DNA from: Desulfosarcina sp.
GTDB taxonomy: Bacteria; Desulfobacterota; Desulfobacteria; Desulfobacterales; Desulfosarcinaceae
Direction: 5' to 3'
DNA length: 54,467 nt
Assembly (NCBI RefSeq): GCF_041551955.1
Contig: NZ_JBFELV010000001.1
Location: 1-54,467 of the forward strand
Shown here: piece by piece, positions 33,018 to 41,796 of the stretch
Layout of the letters: each line of letters starts with the position of its first letter
Position numbering within the stretch: the stretch's first letter is position 1
Position numbers and translations under genes: made by a program
The notes under the pieces: generated by a model
Databases searched by the model: none
Told to the model about the DNA's origin: nothing
The model's input: the letters and a program-made list of their open reading frames with translations, nothing else

Positions 33018-33464
33018 ATGCTAAAACTCAAACAGATTGTGGTGTCCATCGAAAATTCACCGGGTCGTCTTTTCGAAGTCACCCATGCGCTGGGAAACGC
33101 GGGGATAAATCTTCGAGCCTTGAACCTGGTGGACACCGGTGCCTTCGGCCAACTGAGACTGCTGGTTTCCGATGTGGCCAAAGCGCGTCAGCTGCTCATG
33201 GAGATGCATATCCCCGCCATGGTCAACGAGGTGATTGCCGCTGAGATAGAGGACCAGCCGGGTCAACTGGCCAGTTTGCTAAAACCGATTCTGGATGCCG
33301 ACATTCAGGTCGTGTTCATGTATGCTTTTTTGCGGCAGAACCAGGAACGGGCGGTCATGATCTTCCGGTTTTCAGATAATGACAAGGCCATTGCCGTCAT
33401 GCAGGAACATGGCGTGCACCTGCTGGACGCCAAACAGTTCGGTATCCTGGAAAACACGGATTAA
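33018..33464 (+). CDS. Tandem ACT-domain protein
   Basis: ENSPGRL...AGINLRAL and EDQPGQLA repeats; SD AGGAGG. Confidence 0.88.
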   Translation: MLKLKQIVVSIENSPGRLFEVTHALGNAGINLRALNLVDTGAFGQLRLLVSDVAKARQLLMEMHIPAMVNEVIAAEIEDQPGQLASLLKPILDADIQVVFMYAFLRQNQERAVMIFRFSDNDKAIAVMQEHGVHLLDAKQFGILENTD

Positions 33465-33481
33465 GGGATTGTTTTAGACCC

Positions 33482-35815
33482 ATGGCCGACGTTCCTCCGA
33501 CCTCCGACCGCCTGGACAATGCCGATGACATCTTCAGAGACCGATTCCGGGTTTTTCTGGAAGATGTGGCGGACGGGTTTTATGAAACGGACCTGAAGGG
33601 CAATTTTCGCTTTTTCAACAATGCCCTGTGCCGAATCTTCGGCTATACGGCGACGGAGATCCAGGGACGCAACTTCAGCGAATTCATGGATGCGGAAAAT
33701 GCGCTGTATGCCTATACCCTATTCAACCGGCTCTATGAATCTGGTGAGATTCCGTCTGAAATCATCTGGACGATCGTCCGCAAAGACGGCCAGGAGCGGA
33801 TTTTAGAAATATCGGTCAGCCTCATCGTGGATCGGTCCGGCAAAAGGACGGGTTTCCAGGGCGTGGCCAGGGATGTTACCCAGAAAATCGCCGACCAACA
33901 GGAACTGGAAGCCTCACAGCGGCGCGCCCAGGAGCTGCTCCAGGCCAGCTCCCGGGCTGAACGGCGGTACCGGGCATTTCTGGAGTTTCTGCCCGATCCG
34001 GTTTTCGTTTTCAACATGGACAGCACGGTGTCCTACCTCAATCCCGCATTCGAAAAGGTCTTCGGCTGGACATTGACGGAGCTCGAAGGCAAGCGCATCC
34101 CCTTTGTTCCCGACGGTGAAAAGGACCGCACCCGGGCAGGGGTTAAAAAACTGTTCCGGGAAAAAGCGCTCCACGGCTTCGAAACCCGCCGGTTGACCAA
34201 GGACGGCCGTATTCTGGACATCGTCGTGGACGGGGCCATCTTCTACGACGCCCAGGAAAACCCTGCCGGCCAGGTCATCACCCTGCGCGATGTGACCGCC
34301 CGGAAGCGGGCTGAGCAGATCAACCAGGCCTTGTTTCGTATTGCCCGCGCCCTTTACCGCTTTCCCCGGCTGGATCGCATGCTGGAGTATATCACCCGCC
34401 AGGTCCAGGAACTGATCGGAGTTGCCGGGGCCATGGTCATGCTGATCGACGAAGAGAAAAAGGAGTTTTACATTCCCGTTGCGGCATACGAGGATGACAA
34501 GACCGGCAGCCGGATGAAGGAGATCCGGTTTCCCATGGACAAGGGGGTGGCCGGACAGGTCTACCGGACCGGCGAGCCCCTGATCGTTAACGATACGGCC
34601 AAAAGCCCGTATTTTTACGACCAGGTAGACAAACAGGTCCAGTTTCACACGAAAAGCATGCTGGACGTGCCTCTTCGCATTCAGGAGCGGATGATCGGCT
34701 TGCTGTGTGCGGTAAACAAGACACAGGGTGCCTTCGATACCGGCGACGTGGAGCTTCTGGGGGCTGTGGCCAACCTGGTGGCCCTGCCGATTGAAAATGC
34801 CCGCATCAACGAAGCCCTTCAGCGGGCCTACGAAAATGTGCGCGGGCTGAACCGGGCCAAGGAGCAGGTGATCCACCATCTATCCCACGAACTGAAGACG
34901 CCGCTGTCGGTGCTTTCCGCTTCACTGGGACTGCTGGAAAAGCGGCTTGACGAGAGGCAGGACAAGGCTCTGGACAGGGTCCTGGCGCGGGCGCGCAGAA
35001 ATCTCCAGCGGCTGCTGGACATGCAGTACGAGATCGGCGACATGCTCCGGGAACATGACTATCGGGCCCATGGAATGCTTTCCTTTTTGCTGGAGGCCTG
35101 TCGCGACATGCTGGTCACCCTGGCCGAAGCGCAGCCGGGCAGTACCCGGGCGCCGGAAGTGATCCAGCAGGCCATCGATCGCGAGTTCGGCAACGAAGAG
35201 ATTCCTTGTACGGATATCGCCCTGGACCAGCTGGTGAAAAACCACCTGGATGTATTGAAACCCCGTTTTGCCCACCGTGATATTCGATTGGAAACCCGGC
35301 TTGAACCGGTGGCACCGGTGTTGGTTCCCGTTGAGGTGATGGAAAAGATTGTGGAAGGGCTGGTCAAAAATGCCATCGAGAACACGCCGGACCAAGGGCG
35401 GGTGTCAGTGGTGGTGCGCAACGGGGAAAAAGGGCCTGTTTTCGAAGTCAAAGATACCGGTGTGGGGGTGACGGCGGAAAAGCAGCAGCTGATCTTCAAT
35501 CACTATTTTGCCACCGGGGACACCACGAATTATGCATCCAAGGCCCCCTATGACTTCAATGCCGGTGGAAAGGGGTTTGACCTGCTGCGAATCACCATTT
35601 TCTCCGAGCGATACCACTTCGATACCAAAATGATATCCCATCGGTGCGGCTACATCCCAACTGATAGTGACATTTGCCCGGGCGCCATCGATCGCTGCGA
35701 TCATTGCAGCAGCCCGTCTGATTGTAACGCCTCGGGGGGCACCACTATGCAGATCCGGTTTTTGCCGTCAAGCCAGTTGGATCTGGCGTGCCGCCTGGAA
35801 GAGGCCGACCGATAA
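33482..35815 (+). CDS. Soluble histidine kinase PAS-PAS-GAF-HisKA-HATPase with a Cys-rich insertion
   Basis: Two PAS/PAC domains, GAF (GVAGQV..TGEPL, AVNK..GAF), HLSHELKTP, KNAIENT, DTGVG. Confidence 0.9.
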   Translation: MADVPPTSDRLDNADDIFRDRFRVFLEDVADGFYETDLKGNFRFFNNALCRIFGYTATEIQGRNFSEFMDAENALYAYTLFNRLYESGEIPSEIIWTIVRKDGQERILEISVSLIVDRSGKRTGFQGVARDVTQKIADQQELEASQRRAQELLQASSRAERRYRAFLEFLPDPVFVFNMDSTVSYLNPAFEKVFGWTLTELEGKRIPFVPDGEKDRTRAGVKKLFREKALHGFETRRLTKDGRILDIVVDGAIFYDAQENPAGQVITLRDVTARKRAEQINQALFRIARALYRFPRLDRMLEYITRQVQELIGVAGAMVMLIDEEKKEFYIPVAAYEDDKTGSRMKEIRFPMDKGVAGQVYRTGEPLIVNDTAKSPYFYDQVDKQVQFHTKSMLDVPLRIQERMIGLLCAVNKTQGAFDTGDVELLGAVANLVALPIENARINEALQRAYENVRGLNRAKEQVIHHLSHELKTPLSVLSASLGLLEKRLDERQDKALDRVLARARRNLQRLLDMQYEIGDMLREHDYRAHGMLSFLLEACRDMLVTLAEAQPGSTRAPEVIQQAIDREFGNEEIPCTDIALDQLVKNHLDVLKPRFAHRDIRLETRLEPVAPVLVPVEVMEKIVEGLVKNAIENTPDQGRVSVVVRNGEKGPVFEVKDTGVGVTAEKQQLIFNHYFATGDTTNYASKAPYDFNAGGKGFDLLRITIFSERYHFDTKMISHRCGYIPTDSDICPGAIDRCDHCSSPSDCNASGGTTMQIRFLPSSQLDLACRLEEADR

Positions 35816-35855
35816 ATATTGGAGATAACCCTGCAATCATGGCCAAGCGTGAATT

Positions 35856-36659
35856 ATGACTGAGGAATCAATCGAAACAGACAACCCTATGGCGCCACTC
35901 ACCGGCGGGGGTTTTTTTCGCGACATCAATGTGGAGTTTCTGATCCATGAACTCAAGGATCCCATATCGGTTATCGAGACCGCTGTTCGCATGCTTTTGG
36001 AAAAGCCCGACAAATTCGGCCCCTTGACGGATCGGCAGGAAAAGGCGCTGAACCGGGCGCTGCGCAATTCAAAAAAGGCGCGGAGCCTCCTTGCCGACAT
36101 GTTGGAGGTCGGCCGGTCCGATGCCGGATGCTTTCAGTCCTGCGTGTTCGATCCGGCTTCGATCGTCGACGAGGTGCTGATGGAAGCCTTGGAGGCAATG
36201 GACGCGATTCCATGGGAGACGGTTTCAGAGGCTGGGCAGGGGCCGGACCGGGACGCCGTATTGCGGAAGCTCGGCATCCATCTGACCTGCTCCGAAGTTG
36301 TCCGTGATGCGCAACTGTGCCAGGATGAGGCCAAATTCCGGCAGATTGTGGGCAATCTGATTAAAAATGCCCTGCAGCACCGGCGCCGGCGGTTAGACAT
36401 CGGCATGGACGTGCTGGAGGACCAGCTGATTGTCGAGGTGGTTGACGACGGGCCGGGGGTGGAAAAGGAGAACCGGGAGTTGATTTTCGAACGATACACG
36501 CGGCTCAAGGCGTGTGTGCTTTTATCCCGGACCGGTCATGGTTTAGGCTTGGCAGGCGCACGAATTCTCGCCCGTCACCTGGGCGGGGACATCACCGTGA
36601 AAAACAATCTCGGGGAGGGGGCGGCCTTTCGCCTGGTGCTGCCTTTGACGCTTCCATAA
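35856..36659 (+). CDS. Histidine kinase without a sensor domain (HisKA-HATPase)
   Basis: LIHELKDP, NLIKNAL, DDGPGV, GHGLGL. Confidence 0.88.
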   Translation: MTEESIETDNPMAPLTGGGFFRDINVEFLIHELKDPISVIETAVRMLLEKPDKFGPLTDRQEKALNRALRNSKKARSLLADMLEVGRSDAGCFQSCVFDPASIVDEVLMEALEAMDAIPWETVSEAGQGPDRDAVLRKLGIHLTCSEVVRDAQLCQDEAKFRQIVGNLIKNALQHRRRRLDIGMDVLEDQLIVEVVDDGPGVEKENRELIFERYTRLKACVLLSRTGHGLGLAGARILARHLGGDITVKNNLGEGAAFRLVLPLTLP

Positions 36660-36735
36660 ATTGTTGATCACTATTGTTTTCATCCACACTGATGACGTAT
36701 AAACTGATTTACCGATTTGGAAAGGAAAAGAGCCC

Positions 36736-37293
36736 ATGGCAAACCAAAAAGCCTACCTGGATGGCAAGCGCATTCTGGCGGTGGATGATGAAGCGGATAT
36801 TCTAGAGACCATCGAGGACATTCTGGACATGGCTGACGTGGAGCTTGCCCGGGACTATGCCAGCGCATCGGAAAAAATTCGAACCGGTCGCTACGACCTG
36901 GCTATTTTAGATATCATGGGGGTTAACGGCCTGGTCCTGCTCGAAGAAGCGGTGGCCAAGGGGATCCCCACGGTGATGCTCACTGCCCATGCCGTCAACC
37001 CGGATACGCTGATGTCGTCTATCCGCAAGGGGGCGATCTCTTATCTGCCCAAGGAGACCCTGGCCGAACTGGATGAGTTGCTCGAGGAGCTGCTGGCCGC
37101 GCAAGCCGCGGGTAAACCACCCTGGAAGCTGCTTTTCGACCGGTTGGGGGGCTACTTCGACGAGCGCTTCGGACCCGACTGGAAGGCGAAAGACCAAAAA
37201 TTCTGGTCCGATTTCTCCCGCACCTGGGAAGTGGGCAGGGGAATCCAGGAACGCCTGAAACACGACAAGCGGCTGCTGGATAAGGGGATATGA
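36736..37293 (+). CDS. Response regulator (REC plus short aromatic C-terminal tail)
   Basis: ILAVDDE, LDIMG, MLTAH, YLPK; no HTH domain. Confidence 0.88.
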   Translation: MANQKAYLDGKRILAVDDEADILETIEDILDMADVELARDYASASEKIRTGRYDLAILDIMGVNGLVLLEEAVAKGIPTVMLTAHAVNPDTLMSSIRKGAISYLPKETLAELDELLEELLAAQAAGKPPWKLLFDRLGGYFDERFGPDWKAKDQKFWSDFSRTWEVGRGIQERLKHDKRLLDKGI

Positions 37294-37353
37294 GGACAGA
37301 AGACCGACGGACTTGATTGGGCGGCCACAAAAAAATTGGTGGTCAGGTACCTG

Positions 37354-38199
37354 CTACTTGACTTGACGAATCATCACGCCTGCGATCTCCTTGACAAATT
37401 TGGCAGCTACCGCTGCTGTCATGCCGTTGACGTCCCGATCCGGATTGACTTCCACGATATCTGCCCCCACGATGCGGCACCCTATGGATTGAATCAACCG
37501 GAGGACCTTGCGTGTGGACATGCCGCCGGGTTCATGATGGGATACGCCCGGGGCATAGGCGGGGTCCAGGACATCCATGTCCACCGAGAGGTAGAGCGGC
37601 CCTTCCAGCGCGATAGGATTCTTGGATCGGTAATCTTTCATCTCGATGCAGGTGACGCCGAATTTTTCCACCTGCCGGCGCTGCTCGTCGTTCATGCCGC
37701 GGACGCCCACCTGGATGAGGCGTTTGACGCGTCCGCTCTCCATGATGCGCGCGAAGGGACAGGCGTGGGAAAAACGGCTGCCATCGTAGCTGTCATACAG
37801 ATCCGGGTGGGCGTCCAAGTGCAGGATGGTCAGGTTCTCATAGGTTCTGGTCAATGCATTTACCACAGGAAAGGTGATGGCGTGATCCCCGCCCAGTGAC
37901 AGGATACGGACTTTTTGTTCAGTCAGCCGCTCGACAGCGGTTTCGATGGCGAACATCGCCTCCTCGCCACCGGGGAGCGTCAGGTCCCCCAGGTCACGAA
38001 ACAGGGGATGCGTGTCCAGATTGACCCCGTTCTCGGCAAACAGGTTGGATGCACCGTTGTGCAGGGTCTGCCGGATGGCCGACGGGGCTTTGGCCGGCCC
38101 GCGCATAAAACTGGAGTACTCGTCAAAGGGGATGCCGACCAGTGCCACGGTATTAGGCGCCAGCTTTGGGTATGGGATGTTGTTCGGGTTGTCGATCAT
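37354..38199 (-). CDS. speB: Agmatinase (ureohydrolase family)
   Basis: GGDH, DAHPD, SHACPF, DMDVLDP, PGG. Confidence 0.88.
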   Translation of the reverse strand: MIDNPNNIPYPKLAPNTVALVGIPFDEYSSFMRGPAKAPSAIRQTLHNGASNLFAENGVNLDTHPLFRDLGDLTLPGGEEAMFAIETAVERLTEQKVRILSLGGDHAITFPVVNALTRTYENLTILHLDAHPDLYDSYDGSRFSHACPFARIMESGRVKRLIQVGVRGMNDEQRRQVEKFGVTCIEMKDYRSKNPIALEGPLYLSVDMDVLDPAYAPGVSHHEPGGMSTRKVLRLIQSIGCRIVGADIVEVNPDRDVNGMTAAVAAKFVKEIAGVMIRQVK

Positions 38200-38259
38200 T
38201 AAATGGATTTCCTGTGTGAGTGATCTAGTTCAAATGAACGCGTAGACGATTCATTTCCG

Positions 38260-38381
38260 ACGGATTCGCAAGAAGGCCGAGATCAAGGCTTGCGAATCGC
38301 GAGGAATGAGGCGTACTGACGGTACGCCGCAGTGACGGGGGATGAAGCGAAACGCAGATATCGGCCTTCTTGCGAATCCGT
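38260..38381. mobile_element. MITE/REP-like intergenic hairpin element, copy B
   Basis: Perfect 21-bp terminal inverted repeats ACGGATTCGCAAGAAGGCCGA / TCGGCCTTCTTGCGAATCCGT; core TGAGGCGTAC-N5-GTACGCCGCAG at 38307-38332. Confidence 0.75.
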
Positions 38382-38386
38382 GTGTT

Positions 38387-38878
38387 TCAATCCCGGGCCG
38401 GCACATCCATCACCTTGGCCTCATGCCCGGTGGCCTTGAGAAACCTGCGGACATTGTCCAGGGAGATGACCAGGGTGGCGGTGTTGACCAGCGGGTGGCA
38501 CTGGAGGGCGTCAGCCTCCCAGATGGCTTTGTCAACGACCACCCGGACCTGTTGGGCGTCGTCGTTCATTACACCGAGGATGGTCACCGCTCCGGGTTCG
38601 AGGTCCAGATGCTTTTTCAGGCGGTCCGCCGAAGCGAATCTGAGCTTTTTTACCGTCAGGGCCTCGCCGAACGACTTCAGGTCCACCGACTTCTCATCGG
38701 GAACGGTCACGAGAAAGTGCTGTTTGCCCTTGTTGTCGCAGATGAACAGGTTTTTGGTCTTCTGGCCGGGCAGTGCCGGAACCAGACGATTCACGTCTTC
38801 ACAGGTGAAGACCGGCGGATGCTCGTGGCGTTCATAGTCGATGCCGTGGGTGTCGAGATAGTCGTAGATCTGCATCAT
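38387..38878 (-). CDS. YbaK/ProX-family aminoacyl-tRNA editing protein
   Basis: EHPPVFT, KNLFICD, LRFAS, PGAVT, CHPLVNTAT. Confidence 0.9.
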   Translation of the reverse strand: MMQIYDYLDTHGIDYERHEHPPVFTCEDVNRLVPALPGQKTKNLFICDNKGKQHFLVTVPDEKSVDLKSFGEALTVKKLRFASADRLKKHLDLEPGAVTILGVMNDDAQQVRVVVDKAIWEADALQCHPLVNTATLVISLDNVRRFLKATGHEAKVMDVPARD

Positions 38879-38887
38879 TTCTTTTCC

Positions 38888-39592
38888 TTAGGGGTTATTG
38901 ATTGTATCCGTCCAGTTCAATATCGTGACGCGGCCGCCGAGCGCCGCGGTTGTCCGCTCGATCGTCTTTTTGTCGGGATTGACCAGAAACCGGTGGCGGC
39001 AGTGGGCCAGGAGGGGGATGTCCCACGCGCTGTCCGAATAACCATAGTCCCAACTTTTGTTCAGCACGCCCCGTTTCCTGGCGTGCTTGATCTTGTCGGG
39101 CCCCATGCAATAGCTGCGGTAGATGAGTCCCCCCATAAAGGGCACAATCTGCGAGCCGATGATTTCGATATCCCGCTCAAGAACCGGCTGGGCAACCTGC
39201 ATGACCAGTTCCTGCGGAGATCCGGAAATGACAAGCAACCGATGGCCCAACCGGCGGTGCGCAGCCAGGGCTTTCAGACCTTCATCGTAGAATCGCACGT
39301 TTATGGGGGGTGACCGCACGCCGGCGGCAAAGGCGCAGAAAACAGCCCGCGCTGTTTTGCCGCGCAGAGGGAAGGTGGCGATCCACAACATCACGCTCAC
39401 GGCGACGACCCGGCCCGACCGGATCAGCAGAAACGGCAGCAACACCGGCATGAGCATGCCGGCGGCCATTCGCCGGAGCTTGCTGGCCTTGATGGCGGTG
39501 TTCATAAAAAGGTAGGCCACATCGCCGTCGATGAGCGTTTTGTCGAAATCGAAAACGGCTACGCGGCGACTGGGTGAGGGGATGCGGTTCAC
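38888..39592 (-). CDS. HAD-IB family hydrolase
   Basis: FDFDKTL, ISGS, GPDK, YGYSDSAWDIPLL; GTG start overlaps the upstream stop (GTGA). Confidence 0.85.
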   Translation of the reverse strand: MNRIPSPSRRVAVFDFDKTLIDGDVAYLFMNTAIKASKLRRMAAGMLMPVLLPFLLIRSGRVVAVSVMLWIATFPLRGKTARAVFCAFAAGVRSPPINVRFYDEGLKALAAHRRLGHRLLVISGSPQELVMQVAQPVLERDIEIIGSQIVPFMGGLIYRSYCMGPDKIKHARKRGVLNKSWDYGYSDSAWDIPLLAHCRHRFLVNPDKKTIERTTAALGGRVTILNWTDTINNP

Positions 39593-40362
39593 TGGTCCAG
39601 GGACTCCACAAAACGCCAAATCGCCTGGTTGAATGCTTCGGGCCGTTCGATGGGAGACATGTGGCCGGCCCCATCGAGGGTCACATGTCGTGCGCCACGG
39701 ATGTTGGCCGCCATCCAGTCGGCGTACTTGACCGGTGTCAGTGTGTCGTGAACGGCACTGAGAATGAGAACCGGCGCGTTGATGCCGGCCACCTGGGGCA
39801 TGGCGTCGAAGGCATCGCATGCGCGAAAATCATTGGCCGTGACGGTCGGGCCGGCGGTCGAGGTGGCCAGCACCCCCCGGCAGATACCTTCGTCGGTCTG
39901 ATTGGTCTGGGCCACCGCAAATTTGACCAACCCGGTCAGGTGGCTGTCGTAATTGTTTTGGATGGTCTCGATGATCGCCGGCAGCACCTTGAGCCGGGCA
40001 CCGGTATTGGCCAGGATGCCTGCCTTGAGGCGGTCGCCATGATGAATCAGCAGGTCAATGGCGATGGCCCCGCCCAGGCTCAGTCCGCAGGGGATGGGGG
40101 CGGGCGCGTCGATGGCGCCGATGAAGTCCATGACCGACCGGGTAAAATCAGAAACCTGTCGGAAACCATCGCCGTCGCTGTTGCCGTGTCCGGGCAGATC
40201 CACGGCAATGGTGTTGGCCACACCGATCAGGCCGTCGACCTGGGCCTGCCAGAAACGGCCCTCCTGCCCTGAGCCGTGGATGAACAACAGGGTCGGCCGA
40301 TCCGGGTCCAGTGGCCAGCGACCGGCCAGAAAAGCAATCCCGTCTTGTTTGCGTTCTATCAT
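39589..40362 (-). CDS. Alpha/beta hydrolase
   Basis: HGSG, DLPGHG, GLSLG nucleophile elbow, HD and AGH catalytic motifs. Confidence 0.9.
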   Translation of the reverse strand: MIERKQDGIAFLAGRWPLDPDRPTLLFIHGSGQEGRFWQAQVDGLIGVANTIAVDLPGHGNSDGDGFRQVSDFTRSVMDFIGAIDAPAPIPCGLSLGGAIAIDLLIHHGDRLKAGILANTGARLKVLPAIIETIQNNYDSHLTGLVKFAVAQTNQTDEGICRGVLATSTAGPTVTANDFRACDAFDAMPQVAGINAPVLILSAVHDTLTPVKYADWMAANIRGARHVTLDGAGHMSPIERPEAFNQAIWRFVESLDQ

Positions 40363-40675
40363 GGTTGCCGCTTTCCGCATCGTGTTGATTGGGGGAAAAT
40401 ATATCGAACGTTCCTTTTACCCCCAAATCGGCGAACGGTTCAATGTTTTTTCTTGGCTGAAAAGAAAGCAGCCAGAGCCGGTTCATGTCAGCCGTTGGCC
40501 TGTCGCACGATCGCTCTGGCTGCCGCTAAACCATTGGAAGCCGGCAAGGGGTTTGCGCCTTGTTGAAATATCGTTGAAAAAGGCTTACTTTTTTTAGGTA
40601 CAACCCACAGACTGCCTGCGCTTGTATCGATCCTTGCTCTATCAAACCGTTTTGGCCAATAGGAGGGGAATGCCC

Positions 40676-41044
40676 ATGATGCGTCTATTGAAGGTTGCCA
40701 TTGGACTAATTGCTGCCCTGCCGGCAATGGTTTTTGCCGGTGAGGCGGATGTGACCCGTGTCGAGGTGAGACAAACAGCCAGCGGAATATTTCACTTCGA
40801 TGTGACCGTGCGCCACGACGATACGGGGTGGGATCACTACGCAGACAGATGGGAGGTGCTGGCGCCGGACGGCACACTGCTGGGAACCCGGACGCTTTAC
40901 CATCCTCACGTCGACGAACAGCCCTTTACGCGCAGTCTTTCAGGCGTGGCCGTTGCCGAAACGATCTTGGAAGTGACCGTTCGTGCCCATGATTCGGTGC
41001 ACGCCTTCGGCGGTAAAACAGTAACCATGGCGTTGCCTCGTTGA
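40676..41044 (+). CDS. Secreted His-rich small protein of unknown function
   Basis: Signal peptide ending in VFA; HDDTGWDHYAD, HPH, HDSVH; SD AGGAGG. Confidence 0.75.
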   Translation: MMRLLKVAIGLIAALPAMVFAGEADVTRVEVRQTASGIFHFDVTVRHDDTGWDHYADRWEVLAPDGTLLGTRTLYHPHVDEQPFTRSLSGVAVAETILEVTVRAHDSVHAFGGKTVTMALPR

Positions 41045-41115
41045 ACCGACGGGTGATAGCCGATATTCTGATCAACTTCAATTGGGCCGCCGACCGGCCC
41101 CACGCGGAGGCAACC

Positions 41116-41592
41116 ATGACATTTTCCATTTCATCCAGCGCATTTACCCATGACGGAGAAATTCCAGCCACGTACACCTGCCAGGGTGAGGATGTCGCTC
41201 CACCGCTGCAGTGGACAGGGGTGCCCGGGGACGCCAAAAGTCTAGTCCTGATCGTGGATGACCCGGATGCCCCGGACCCTGATGCACCGCGCATGACCTG
41301 GGTGCACTGGGTGCTCTACAACATTCCACCCGAGGCCGAAGGGCTGCCGGAGGCCTGCGCTGCATCGGATTTGCCGGAGGGCACCGGAGAGGGCCTGAAC
41401 GACTGGAAGCGCACCGGATATGGCGGTCCATGCCCGCCCATCGGGCGGCATCGCTATTTCCACAAACTTTACGCGCTGGACACCCTGCTGCCGGATTTGA
41501 AAAAACCAACCAAGGCAGCCGTCGAATCGGCGATGAAGGGTCATATTGTTGGGCAGGCGGAACTGGTGGGCACCTACCAGAAAAGCCGTTAG
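41116..41592 (+). CDS. YbhB/YbcL (PEBP/Raf kinase inhibitor-like) protein
   Basis: DDPDAP, WVHWVLYNIP, GYGGPCPP..HRY; SD GGAGG. Confidence 0.92.
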   Translation: MTFSISSSAFTHDGEIPATYTCQGEDVAPPLQWTGVPGDAKSLVLIVDDPDAPDPDAPRMTWVHWVLYNIPPEAEGLPEACAASDLPEGTGEGLNDWKRTGYGGPCPPIGRHRYFHKLYALDTLLPDLKKPTKAAVESAMKGHIVGQAELVGTYQKSR

Positions 41593-41748
41593 CCGGCAGG
41601 CCTTCAACCGTCCAATTCTTTTTGTCAGGTTTGGTTGTGACCCGCAAAGGGCATTGGGGAACTTTCAACGGATGTCGCCGATCCAAAGCAAATGAAAGAG
41701 TTGAATTCGGGGATTCAGGTGGAAGATGTCCTTAGGGGCCATTGGGTG

Positions 41749-41785
41749 AGGGCTCGAGATCACCAGTTTGATAATCTCGAGCCCT
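41749..41785. terminator. Hairpin just downstream of the hydrogenase large subunit (likely bidirectional terminator)
   Basis: Perfect 12-bp stem AGGGCTCGAGAT / ATCTCGAGCCCT; T-rich tail on the + strand. Confidence 0.7.
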
Positions 41786-41796
41786 TCTCTACTTTT

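Noticed and set aside
39593-39820. N-terminal extension of the HAD ORF
   Set aside because: It overlaps the alpha/beta hydrolase in another frame. The GTGA coupling at 39592 gives a normal start.
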